64,000 nt of DNA from assembly GCA_963832165.1 (NCBI GenBank), contig CAWHTE010000004.1:384001-448000 (forward strand), given 5' to 3'. The notes below the pieces were generated by a model that was not told the origin of the DNA, ran no database searches, and saw only the letters and a list, made by a program, of their open reading frames with translations. This DNA comes from an uncultured delta proteobacterium. GTDB taxonomy: Bacteria > Myxococcota_A > UBA9160 > SMWR01. Of the stretch, positions 20,540 through 29,028 are shown piece after piece (position 1 is the first letter of the stretch; the number at the start of each line of letters is the position of its first letter). Made by a program: the position numbers and the translations under genes.

Positions 20540-20567
20540 TTTTCTCGCTGGTCCGCGAAGAGCGCGA

Positions 20568-21428
20568 TCAGCGCGTTCGCGACCGCCGCGCTGCGGTGCC
20601 CGCGATCAGCGTGCCGAGGCCGAAGATCAGCGCAGCGCTCGGCTCGGGGGCGGTCGGGGGATCAGTGCTCAAGAGCACCTTCCACTCCTCGAAGCCGTCC
20701 GCGGCGCGCGAGCTCTCGTTGTACCAGTAGAAGTACTGGCCGTCGAGGTTGTCGAACTCCGACAGCGGGATCAGGATCGCGAAGTCGCCGTGGCCGCTGC
20801 CGCACTGGCCGTTCTGCTTGCAGATGTTGGCGAACAGCTCGATCGTGACGTCGCCGTTGATCGCGCTGTCGAGCGTCCAGACCGCGTCCTCGCCGCCGAG
20901 CTGACCCGTCGCGGTATCGAAGCCCGTCACGTCCGGCGCATCGAGCAGGTAGATCCCCATGTCGTCGAGGTGGAGGTCGAGGAACGCGTTCTGGGAACCG
21001 GTCGGCTCGTTGGCGTCGAGCACGAGCATGATGCAGGTGTCGCCGGATCCGCACGCGACCTGCTCGAGGCTGCTGAACTCGACCGAGTGGGTCCAGTTCG
21101 TGCCGCCGGTCTGACCCTGCTTGGTGTCGAACTCGATCGCGCCGTCGGTGTTGTAGTAGGTCTCCGAGCCTTCCGGGAGGTTGTTCCGGCCGTTGCCGAG
21201 GCGCTGTCCGCGCACGAACGGCTCGAACACGCCGGTTCCCGTCGAGGGATCGGACGGATCGATCCCGTAGAACGTCGTGCCGTCCGGCAGCGTGTATTCG
21301 GTCCCGGCGTTCTGCTTGTCGATCGTCGCCTCGCAATCGAAGCCGCAAGCGACGGCCTGCGCCTGCTCGCCGAGGCAGAACACGGCCAGTGCGGCGGCGA
21401 TCCCAGTGTTGAGGTGAGCGAAACGCAT
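20568..21428 (-). CDS. Acidic secreted PEP-CTERM protein
   Basis: Signal peptide ending AQA; STGTGVFEPFVR motif; C-terminal APEPS + hydrophobic helix + RRSRTR. Confidence 0.85.
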   Translation of the reverse strand: MRFAHLNTGIAAALAVFCLGEQAQAVACGFDCEATIDKQNAGTEYTLPDGTTFYGIDPSDPSTGTGVFEPFVRGQRLGNGRNNLPEGSETYYNTDGAIEFDTKQGQTGGTNWTHSVEFSSLEQVACGSGDTCIMLVLDANEPTGSQNAFLDLHLDDMGIYLLDAPDVTGFDTATGQLGGEDAVWTLDSAINGDVTIELFANICKQNGQCGSGHGDFAILIPLSEFDNLDGQYFYWYNESSRAADGFEEWKVLLSTDPPTAPEPSAALIFGLGTLIAGTAARRSRTR

Positions 21429-21465
21429 GAGCGGACTCCGAGGGGGGAGGTACGGGGGTGTGTGA

Positions 21466-21495
21466 ATTATCCACCACCGCGAGTCCGCGAATCAA
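21466..21495 (-). promoter_or_regulatory. Sigma70-type promoter of the PEP-CTERM gene, with AT-rich upstream tract
   Basis: TTGATT - 18 bp - GATAAT on minus; AT-rich 21495-21532 upstream. Confidence 0.45.
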
Positions 21496-21553
21496 CCAAA
21501 AAGTGATTCTAAACAGTAACTTACATCATAAACCGGCAAGACGTGCGCAACTT

Positions 21554-22516
21554 CTACGCCGAGATTCCCCAAACTCGCTGGGTCGCGATTCCGATCCCGT
21601 ACGTGATCGCCGCGGCCGCGGCGATGATCACGAGGTTCGTGAGCGCGCGGCGTCGGACGTTCATGCCGGACAGGAACGCGAGGATCACCGACACCGCGAT
21701 GATCACGACGCCCGCGCCGAGCACCGAGGGCAGGGCGCTGTGCGCGCCGAGCGCGATCGGCAGCATCGGCACGAGCGCGCCGGCGAGATAGCTCACGCCG
21801 ACCAGCGCCGCGGAGCCGAGCGGCGACTCGCGGACCTCCTGCGCCGCGTCGGCTTCGCCGAGGAATCGCTGCCGCGCGAGCTCGGTCTCGCGAATTTCCG
21901 ACTCGGAGCTCGTCGCGACGAACGCGCCCGCGGCCATCGAGAGCGAGCCCGCCACGGCGGTGGTGGTGCCCGCGATCAGCACGATCGCGGGATCGCCGAA
22001 CGCGCCGAAGAATCCGCTCACGGCGCCGAGGATCTCGACCAGGCCGTCGTTCAGGCCCAGGAAGATGTTGCGGATGCGCTCCGGGTTGATCCGGCGCTCG
22101 TCGTTGCCGGTCACGACCGCGTCCTCGTGCACGAACTCGTCGCGCAGGATGCCGCGCAGCCCGGGCTCGAGCGCGGTGCCCCGACAGGTCTCCCAGATCG
22201 AGAGGTATTTGCGCACGCCGTACACCTCGATCGCCTCGAGCACGAGGTGGATCGCGGGCGCGCCGAAGATCCGGCACACGGCCACGAGCAGTGCGAGCTC
22301 GAGTCGTCGGCGCACGCCGAGACTGCGGATCTCCAGGCCGAAGAAATCCTGCCAGAACGCGACGTGGCGTCGCTCGATCGGGATCATGCGCTCGAGCACC
22401 GAGCGCAGGTCGCCCGGCGCGACGTCGCGCAGCGCCTCGTAGAGCGCGAGATCGAACAGCTCGTCGAGCACGAGCTGGCGCGCGAGCTTGGGCTCGATCG
22501 GATGCGTCGGCACCAT
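21554..22516 (-). CDS. VIT1/CCC1-family metal exporter with N-terminal ferritin-like (rubrerythrin-type) domain
   Basis: E..ERRH..E..EFVH diiron-type motifs, followed by the VIT1 signature IRNIFLGLNDGLVE and AGSLSMAAGAF. Confidence 0.85.
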   Translation of the reverse strand: MVPTHPIEPKLARQLVLDELFDLALYEALRDVAPGDLRSVLERMIPIERRHVAFWQDFFGLEIRSLGVRRRLELALLVAVCRIFGAPAIHLVLEAIEVYGVRKYLSIWETCRGTALEPGLRGILRDEFVHEDAVVTGNDERRINPERIRNIFLGLNDGLVEILGAVSGFFGAFGDPAIVLIAGTTTAVAGSLSMAAGAFVATSSESEIRETELARQRFLGEADAAQEVRESPLGSAALVGVSYLAGALVPMLPIALGAHSALPSVLGAGVVIIAVSVILAFLSGMNVRRRALTNLVIIAAAAAITYGIGIATQRVWGISA

Positions 22517-22519
22517 CGG

Positions 22520-23519
22520 CTAGCCGCCGAGCGCAGCGAGCACGGCGTAGCTGGCGGCACCGATCGCGGCCGAGGCCGGGATCGTGAGGATCCACGCCCA
22601 CACGATCTGTGCGGCGACGCCCCAGCGCACGGCCGAGAGCCTCCGCGTCGCGCCCACGCCCACGATCGCACCCGTGATCGTGTGGGTCGTGCTGATGCCC
22701 ACGCCGAGCGCGGTGGCGGTGTAGATCGCGACCGCGGCGCCGGTCTCGGCGGCGAAGCCCGAGACCGGCTGCAGCTTGGTGATCTTCGTGCCCATCGTGT
22801 GGATGATGCGCCAGCCGCCCGAGAGCGTGCCGAGGCCGATCGCGGCGTGGGCGGCGAGCACGACCCAGAAGGGCACCTCGAAGGTCGCGAGATAGCCCGC
22901 GGTCACGAGCACGCCCGTGATGATGCCCATCGTCTTCTGCGCGTCGTTGGCGCCGTGCATGAGGCTGAAGCCCGCGGCCGAGACGAGCTGCAGGCGGCGG
23001 AACCAGCCGTCCACGCGCTGGGGAGGTGTGTGCGGAATGTCCAGTACAGCGCGGTCATCACGGTGAGTCCGACCGCGAGGCCGATCGCGGGCGCGACCAC
23101 GATGAACACGAGCGTCTTGGTCCAGCCCGATGCGATGAGCGCGCCGAAGCCGGCCTTCGCGACCGCCGCGCCCGCATAGCCACCGAACAGCGCGTGCGAG
23201 GAGCTGGTCGGCAGACCGAAGTACCAGGTGATCAGGTCCCACGCGATCGCGCCGAACAGCCCCGCCGCGATCACCGCGAACGTGACGATGCTCGAGGTCG
23301 ATCATCCCGGAGCCGACCGTCTTCGCGACCGCGGTGCCGAAGCCGAACGCCGCGACGAAGTTGAAGAACGCCGCCCACGCCACGGCCTGGCCCGGCGAGA
23401 GCACGCGCGTCGACACCACGGTGGCGATCGAGTTGGCGGCGTCGTGGAAGCCGTTGATGAAGTCGAAGCAGAGCGCGAGCAGGATCAGCGCGCACGACGA
23501 CCAGGAGGGTGGAATCCAT
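22520..23519 (-). CDS. PiT-family inorganic phosphate transporter; 3 frameshifts (~23490, ~23292, ~23030)
   Basis: FDFINGFHDAANSIAT, GLPTSSSHALFGG, HGANDAQKTMG, ISTTHTITGAIVGVG. Confidence 0.92.
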
Positions 23520-23534
23520 TCCAGCGGGATCCTG

Positions 23535-24161
23535 TTAGCCGTGCTTGACGAGGATGCCCTCGATCGCGGTGGCAACGTCCTTGCAGCGGTCGGTGGCGCC
23601 CTCGAGCATGTCGAGGATCTCCTTCCACTTGAGGATCACGATCGCGTCGCGCTCGCCGTCGAACAGCTCGCCGACCGCCGCCGCGTAGACGGCGTCGGCC
23701 TGGCTCTCGAGCCGTCCGATCTCGACCACCGGCTCGCTCCCGGCCGTGCGCGCCTCGAGCGCGCCGAGGCCGCGGTGCACCTGCTGGGTGCTGGCCGTGA
23801 TCAAGCGCGCTAGCTCGCGCGCGGCGGGCCGCACCTGCTCGATCCGGTACAGGCGCAGCATGTCGGCCGATGCGTCGATGTCGTCGATCACGTCGTCGAG
23901 CGCGCGCAGCAGCGCGTGGATGTCCTCGCGGTCGATCGGGGTGACGAAGGTGCGGTGCAGCCGCTGGAGCGCGTCGTGCACGATCTGGTCGCAGCGGTGC
24001 TCCACGTCCTTGATCGCCGCGGCCTTTTCCACCACGGGACGGTCCGGAGCGAGCATCTCTTCGAGCAGTTTCGCTCCCTTGCACAGCTCGTCGGCGAGCA
24101 ATACGAAGTCGGCGAAGAAGCGCTCCTCGCGCGGAATCAGTCGGAACCGAAAACGTGCCAT
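23535..24161 (-). CDS. DUF47 / PhoU-like PiT accessory protein
   Basis: IKDVEHRCD, TFVTPIDREDI, LESQAD, LEGATDRC.DVA..IEGI.VK. Confidence 0.9.
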   Translation of the reverse strand: MARFRFRLIPREERFFADFVLLADELCKGAKLLEEMLAPDRPVVEKAAAIKDVEHRCDQIVHDALQRLHRTFVTPIDREDIHALLRALDDVIDDIDASADMLRLYRIEQVRPAARELARLITASTQQVHRGLGALEARTAGSEPVVEIGRLESQADAVYAAAVGELFDGERDAIVILKWKEILDMLEGATDRCKDVATAIEGILVKHG

Positions 24162-24242
24162 CGGGTCCCCCATCGTTCCCAGGCGCGCGCATTCTATCCG
24201 GCCGAGGGCCCAGGGTCGCGTCTCTGCGGCGCCGCCCATTTG

Positions 24243-24259
24243 CGATACGCCTCGTATCG
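24243..24259. promoter_or_regulatory. Palindromic candidate operator in the divergent promoter region
   Basis: CGATACG-cct-CGTATCG, immediately upstream of TATGGT. Confidence 0.5.
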
Positions 24260-24318
24260 TATATGGTCTGGGTGGCCGCCGCGCCGAGCGCGCGCTCCCG
24301 CCGCGAGGAGGACCCCCT

Positions 24319-25503
24319 TTGGACTTCGATTTCACGCCGCAGGAACAGGGGTTTGCCGACGAAGTCGAGAAGTGGCTTCAAGACAACCACGACCCGGTCG
24401 TGATGGACCCGACGCGCGAGAACTTCGCGCAGCTCGCAGACACCCCCGAGCGGCGCGCGTTCATGAAGAAGCTCGCCAACAAGGGTTGGCTCGGCATGTC
24501 GTGGCCCGTGGAGTACGGCGGGCAAGCGATCGAAGGCATCTATGAATTCATCTTGAACGAGGCGCTCGCGCGCCACGCCGCGCCGCAGATCGGCAAGGGC
24601 GTCGGCATCATCGGCAAGACGCTGATCCGCCACGGCAGCGCGAAACTCAAGGCGGAGTTCCTGCCGAAGATCCTCACGGCCGAGATCGAGTTCGCGGTCG
24701 GCTACAGCGAGCCGCAGGCCGGCTCGGACGCCGCGAACATGCAGCTCAAGGCCGAAAAGGTGGAGGGCGGCTGGAAGCTCAACGGCCAGAAGATGTGGAC
24801 GACCTCGGCCCACTTCGCCGACTGGTACTGGGTCGGCGCGCGCACCGATCCGGACAAGAAGAAGCACGACGGCCTGTCGCTGTTCCTGATCCCGATGAAG
24901 CACCCGGGTCTCGAGGTGCAGAGCCTGCCGACGATCGGCAAGGACACGACCAACCAGGTCTTCTTCGAGGACGTGTTCGTGCCCGACGACTATCTCGTCG
25001 GCGAGCGCGGCAAGGGCTTCCAGTACATCTCCGAGGCGCTCGATCTCGAGCGCTTCACGATGTTCACGCTCTCGCCGATCGCCGATCGCACGCGCGTGCT
25101 GATCGACTACGTGAAGCAGGCGAAGCGCGACGATCAGCCGCTCAAGAAGGACCCGAACGTGCGGCGGCTGATCGCGCAGATCGCGACCGACACGGCGGTC
25201 GCCAAGGCGCTCTCGACGCGCTTCGTGTCTGCCGCCAGGACGGCCGGCGCCAAGCCGCCGACCGTGCAGTCGTCGCAGTACAAGCTGTTCACGACGACGC
25301 TCTCGCAGCGCGTGTGCCGGGACGCGCTGGACATCTGCGGCGCGTCGGGCCAGCTCCGCGTGGACCAGGACGACGCGCCGGTGTCGGGACGCTTCGAGGG
25401 CGCCTATCGCGCCACCGTGAACGAGACGGTCGGCGGCGGTTCGTCCGAGATCCAGAAGAACATCATCGCGCGGCGCCACCTGGGGCTGCCGCAGAATTTC
25501 TGA
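24319..25503 (+). CDS. Acyl-CoA dehydrogenase (alpha subunit; close paralog of 19362)
   Basis: TTG start after GAGGAGG; GYSEPQAGSD, ALDLERF, GGGSSEIQKNIIA. Confidence 0.92.
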   Translation: MDFDFTPQEQGFADEVEKWLQDNHDPVVMDPTRENFAQLADTPERRAFMKKLANKGWLGMSWPVEYGGQAIEGIYEFILNEALARHAAPQIGKGVGIIGKTLIRHGSAKLKAEFLPKILTAEIEFAVGYSEPQAGSDAANMQLKAEKVEGGWKLNGQKMWTTSAHFADWYWVGARTDPDKKKHDGLSLFLIPMKHPGLEVQSLPTIGKDTTNQVFFEDVFVPDDYLVGERGKGFQYISEALDLERFTMFTLSPIADRTRVLIDYVKQAKRDDQPLKKDPNVRRLIAQIATDTAVAKALSTRFVSAARTAGAKPPTVQSSQYKLFTTTLSQRVCRDALDICGASGQLRVDQDDAPVSGRFEGAYRATVNETVGGGSSEIQKNIIARRHLGLPQNF

Positions 25504-25509
25504 TCGATC

Positions 25510-26682
25510 TTGGCCACTCCCCCCGCACCGCTCGCCGGCGTGACCGTGCTCGACCTCTCCACGGTCGGGCCCGGCACTCGCTGCACGCGCATCCTCGCCG
25601 ACTACGGCGCCGCTGTGGTGAAGGTGGGAGTTCCGCCGAAGAAGTCGGGTCTCCAGACGCAGCCCGCGTTCTGGACCTACTCCGCAAACCGCGGCATGCA
25701 GCAGGTGCGGATCGACTTGAAGGACGCGGGAGGCAAGGCCGCGTTCCTCGCGCTCGTGCGCCGCGCCGACGTGGTCGTGGAGAGCTACCGGCCCGGCGTG
25801 ATGCAGCGCCTGGGCCTGGGCTACGGCGACCTGCGCACACAGAATCCGCGCATCATCGTGTGCTCGACGAGCGGCTACGGGCAGAGCGGTCCCGCCTCAC
25901 AATACGCGGGTCACGACATCAACTACCTCGCCGTCGGCGGCTTCCTGCACACGAGCGGCCGGCGCGGCGACGGCGGACCCCCGATCCCGGGCGCAACGGT
26001 GGCCGACAGCGCTGCGGGAGGCATGCACGCGGCGCTCGCGATTCTCGCGGCGCTCTTGCGCCGCGAGCGCACGGGAGAGGGCGAGTACCTCGACGTGTGC
26101 GTGGCCGAGGGCGTGCTCCAGCTCACCTCGCTCTACATCGACCAGTTTCTCGCCACGGGTGCGAAGCCCGGTCCCGGCCACGACATTTTGACCGGGCGCT
26201 ACGCCTGCTACGACACCTACGCGTGCCGCGACGGCCGCTGGGTGGCGGTCGGCGCGATCGAGCCCGCGTTCTACGCGAATCTGTGCCGGGGGCTCGGCTG
26301 CGAGCAGTGGCTCGCGCACCAGACCGACGACGCGGCGCAGGAGAAGATCCGTGCGGACTTCGCGGCCGCGTTCCGCACCCGCGATCGCGACGACTGGGTG
26401 GCCGACCTCGCGCCCGCCGACACCTGCGTGGCGCCCGTGTACGCGATCGACGAGCTCGTAGAAGATCCGCAGTTCCGCGCGCGCGGCATGTTCGCCGAGG
26501 CGCAGCACCCGACCGCGGGCCGCTTCCGTCAGGTGGCGCCTCCGCTGGCCGGGATGCCGCGCCCGTCCGCACCGATTCCGGTTCCCGATGGATCGCGCAC
26601 CGACACGGATGCGCTGCTCGCGGCTGCGGGGGTCGCGCCCGAGCAGATCGAGCAGATGCGCAGTGCGGGCGTCGTTGCATAG
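25510..26682 (+). CDS. CaiB/BaiF family III CoA transferase (alpha-methylacyl-CoA racemase-like)
   Basis: LAGVTVLDLS..GPG, ADVVVESYRPGVM.RLGLGY, GHDINYLA, TVADSAAGG, VGAIEPAFY. Confidence 0.88.
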   Translation: MATPPAPLAGVTVLDLSTVGPGTRCTRILADYGAAVVKVGVPPKKSGLQTQPAFWTYSANRGMQQVRIDLKDAGGKAAFLALVRRADVVVESYRPGVMQRLGLGYGDLRTQNPRIIVCSTSGYGQSGPASQYAGHDINYLAVGGFLHTSGRRGDGGPPIPGATVADSAAGGMHAALAILAALLRRERTGEGEYLDVCVAEGVLQLTSLYIDQFLATGAKPGPGHDILTGRYACYDTYACRDGRWVAVGAIEPAFYANLCRGLGCEQWLAHQTDDAAQEKIRADFAAAFRTRDRDDWVADLAPADTCVAPVYAIDELVEDPQFRARGMFAEAQHPTAGRFRQVAPPLAGMPRPSAPIPVPDGSRTDTDALLAAAGVAPEQIEQMRSAGVVA

Positions 26683-26736
26683 CGCCCGAAGGGCGCACGC
26701 AGCGAGCCGAAGGCGAGCGAAGATCAAAAAGGTGGG
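26682..26736 (+). repeat. Junction repeat copy 1 (GNA-triloop / tandem G.A hairpin element)
   Basis: GCGCCC-GAA-GGGCGC, then GCAGCGAGCCGAAGGCGAGCGAAG...GGTGG; matches 40401-40453 (minus) and 50148-50187. Confidence 0.8.
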
Positions 26737-26748
26737 TAAGGAGAAGTC

Positions 26749-27267
26749 ATGACCGAGGGTTCCGATCTGCCGGCCGAAGTCCAGTCCTGGATCGGCCAAC
26801 GCCGCTACGAGCTCGAAGGCGAGTTCGACGTCGAACGCGGCTACATCTTTACGACCTGTGCATCTGTCCGGAACGGCAACCCGATCTTCTGGGACGACAA
26901 GGCCGCGGCCGAGGTCACGGGCGGCCCGATCGCGCCGCCCGCGATGATCTCGGTCTGGTTCCGGCCCCATCACTGGTCGCCGGGCCGCACCGAGCCCGCG
27001 GTGCCGCTCCAGGTGCACTTCGATCTGAAGAAGATCCTCGACCTGCCCGAGGCCGTGATCAGCGACAACACCGTCACGTTCGGCGAGCCGGTACGGCCGG
27101 GCGATCGCCTGCGCACCTGGCAGGTGCTGCGCAACGTCTCCACTCCCAAGAAGACCAAGCTCGGACTCGGCCGCTTCTGGGACATCGAGGTCGAGTACGT
27201 GAATCAGCGCGGTGATTGGGTCGGACGAGAGACCTACACGGGCTTTGGCTACCGGAGGGAAGCGTGA
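26749..27267 (+). CDS. MaoC / hot-dog fold dehydratase (ChsH2 N-domain-like)
   Basis: NGNPIFWD..A...GGPIAPPAM, FGEPVRPGD. Confidence 0.8.
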   Translation: MTEGSDLPAEVQSWIGQRRYELEGEFDVERGYIFTTCASVRNGNPIFWDDKAAAEVTGGPIAPPAMISVWFRPHHWSPGRTEPAVPLQVHFDLKKILDLPEAVISDNTVTFGEPVRPGDRLRTWQVLRNVSTPKKTKLGLGRFWDIEVEYVNQRGDWVGRETYTGFGYRREA

Positions 27268-27758
27268 TGGCATACCCGATTCTCTGCGCAGACCGCGTGA
27301 AGCCCGGCGACGCGCTGCCCGAGCTCGCGATCGACGTCGCACCGATCGACGTCGTGCTCGGCGCGCTCGCGAGCCGCGACTGGCGACCGCAGCACCACGA
27401 CTACAAGTACGCGACCGAGCGCAACGGCGTGCGCGACATCTTCATGAACACGCCCAACCTCGCCGCGTGGTTCGAGCGCTACATCACGGACTGGACCGGA
27501 CCGTTCGGGCGCATGGGCTGGATCCGGTTCCGCATGAAGGACTCGGTATTCCCGGGCGAGACGATGGTGTTCCGCGGCACGGTCAAGGGAGTCGAAACCG
27601 ACGACCGCGGCTGCGCGTGGACCGAGCTGGAGCTCGTGCTCACGTCGGGCGGGCGTGAGACCACCGTGTGTACGGCGCGCGTGGCGATCCCCGCGGCCGA
27701 AGGCGACAACCCGTGGAAGCGGCGCGGCGAGGACTGGAAGCCCCGAGCAGCAGCCTGA
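27267..27758 (+). CDS. MaoC-family enoyl-CoA hydratase (ChsH1-like)
   Basis: GALASRDWRPQHHD hydratase motif, DIFMNT, YITDWTGP; TGATG translational coupling. Confidence 0.82.
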   Translation: MAYPILCADRVKPGDALPELAIDVAPIDVVLGALASRDWRPQHHDYKYATERNGVRDIFMNTPNLAAWFERYITDWTGPFGRMGWIRFRMKDSVFPGETMVFRGTVKGVETDDRGCAWTELELVLTSGGRETTVCTARVAIPAAEGDNPWKRRGEDWKPRAAA

Positions 27759-27766
27759 TGGAGTAG

Positions 27767-27791
27767 GGCGGGAGAGCGAAGCGATCCCGCC
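27767..27791 (+). repeat. Junction hairpin with tandem G.A mismatch and GCGAAGC mini-hairpin
   Basis: GGCGGGA-GA-GC-GAA-GC-GA-TCCCGCC. Confidence 0.7.
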
Positions 27792-27806
27792 AAACAGGAG
27801 TTTCGA

Positions 27807-28970
27807 ATGGATCTCGATTTCACCGAAGAACAGCACCTGATGCGCGACATGAGCCGCGCGATGCTCGCCGAGCATTGCCCGATCGAGGTGGTCCGCCAGA
27901 TGGAGGACGATCCGAAGGGCTACCCGGACGGCCTCTGGAAGCAGGTCTGCGAGCTCGGGCTCGCGGGCATGCTGATTCCCGAGGCATACGGCGGCTCGGC
28001 GCAGTCGCTGCTCGAAGCCGCGCTCGTGTACGAGGAGTTCGGCCGCGCACTCGCGCCGACCCCGCACTTCGTCTCGTGCGTGCTCGCGGCGCGCATCCTG
28101 CTCGCGGCCGGGAGCGAGGAGCAGAAGAGCGCGTGGGTCGAGCGGATTGCGAGCGGCACGGCGATCGTCTCGCCCGCGTGGCTCGAGCCCGACCGCGGCT
28201 ACGGCCCGGCCGGCGTTGCGCTCGAGGCGCGCGCGGTCGGCGGCGACTTTGCGCTCACGGGCACCAAGCGCCACGTGCACTTCGCGCGCGCGGCGGACCG
28301 CCTGATCGTCCTCGCGCGCACGAAGGACGGCATCGACCTCTTCCTCGTCGACCCGAACGCGCCCGGCGTGACGCTCACGCAGCAGCTCTCGCTGGGCTCC
28401 GATTGTCAGTACCGCGTCGACTTCAAAGACGTGCGTGTGCCCGCGGACTCGCGCATCGGTGCTGCCGGCACCGGCTGGGACACCTGGAGCGAGGTGCTGC
28501 ACGAGGGAATCATCCTGCTCGCGGCGCAGGCGATCGGCGGCGCCGACCGCGCGCTCGAGATCACCGTCGAGTACGCGAAGACGCGCAAGCAGTTCGACAA
28601 GCCGCTCGGCGCGTTCCAGTCGCTCGCGCACTACATGGCCGATACCTCGACGCGCATCGACGGCGGCCGCGTGCTCGTCTACGAGGCTGCGTGGAACCAC
28701 GCGCAGGGGCGCTCGATCGCCAAGCTCGCGCCGATGGCGAAGCTGTTCGCGTGCGAGACCTATCGCGAGGGCACGCGGATCTGCGAGCAGATCTGGGGGG
28801 GTGTCGGCTTCACGATCGAGTACGACATCCAGCTCTTCTTCCGACGCGCGAAGCACCTCCAGCTCTCGTGGTGGGACTCCGCGCACCTCGAGGAGCTGAT
28901 CGCGGTGCAGGAGCTGGAGTCAGGGGAGGGACTTTCGCCGCTAACTATTCGATCTCGATGCTGCTCGTGA
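27807..28970 (+). CDS. Acyl-CoA dehydrogenase (FadE27/FadE28-like beta subunit)
   Basis: MDLDFTEEQ, EEFGRALAP.P, EYAKTRKQFDKPLGAFQ, QIWGGVGFT.EYD.QLFFRRAK; lacks the SEP.AGSD motif. Confidence 0.88.
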   Translation: MDLDFTEEQHLMRDMSRAMLAEHCPIEVVRQMEDDPKGYPDGLWKQVCELGLAGMLIPEAYGGSAQSLLEAALVYEEFGRALAPTPHFVSCVLAARILLAAGSEEQKSAWVERIASGTAIVSPAWLEPDRGYGPAGVALEARAVGGDFALTGTKRHVHFARAADRLIVLARTKDGIDLFLVDPNAPGVTLTQQLSLGSDCQYRVDFKDVRVPADSRIGAAGTGWDTWSEVLHEGIILLAAQAIGGADRALEITVEYAKTRKQFDKPLGAFQSLAHYMADTSTRIDGGRVLVYEAAWNHAQGRSIAKLAPMAKLFACETYREGTRICEQIWGGVGFTIEYDIQLFFRRAKHLQLSWWDSAHLEELIAVQELESGEGLSPLTIRSRCCS

Positions 28971-29028
28971 GATCGGGCGATCCGATCTAGCTCGAAAGCG
29001 TTCGCGATCAGCGGGCGTATAGTCCTTC

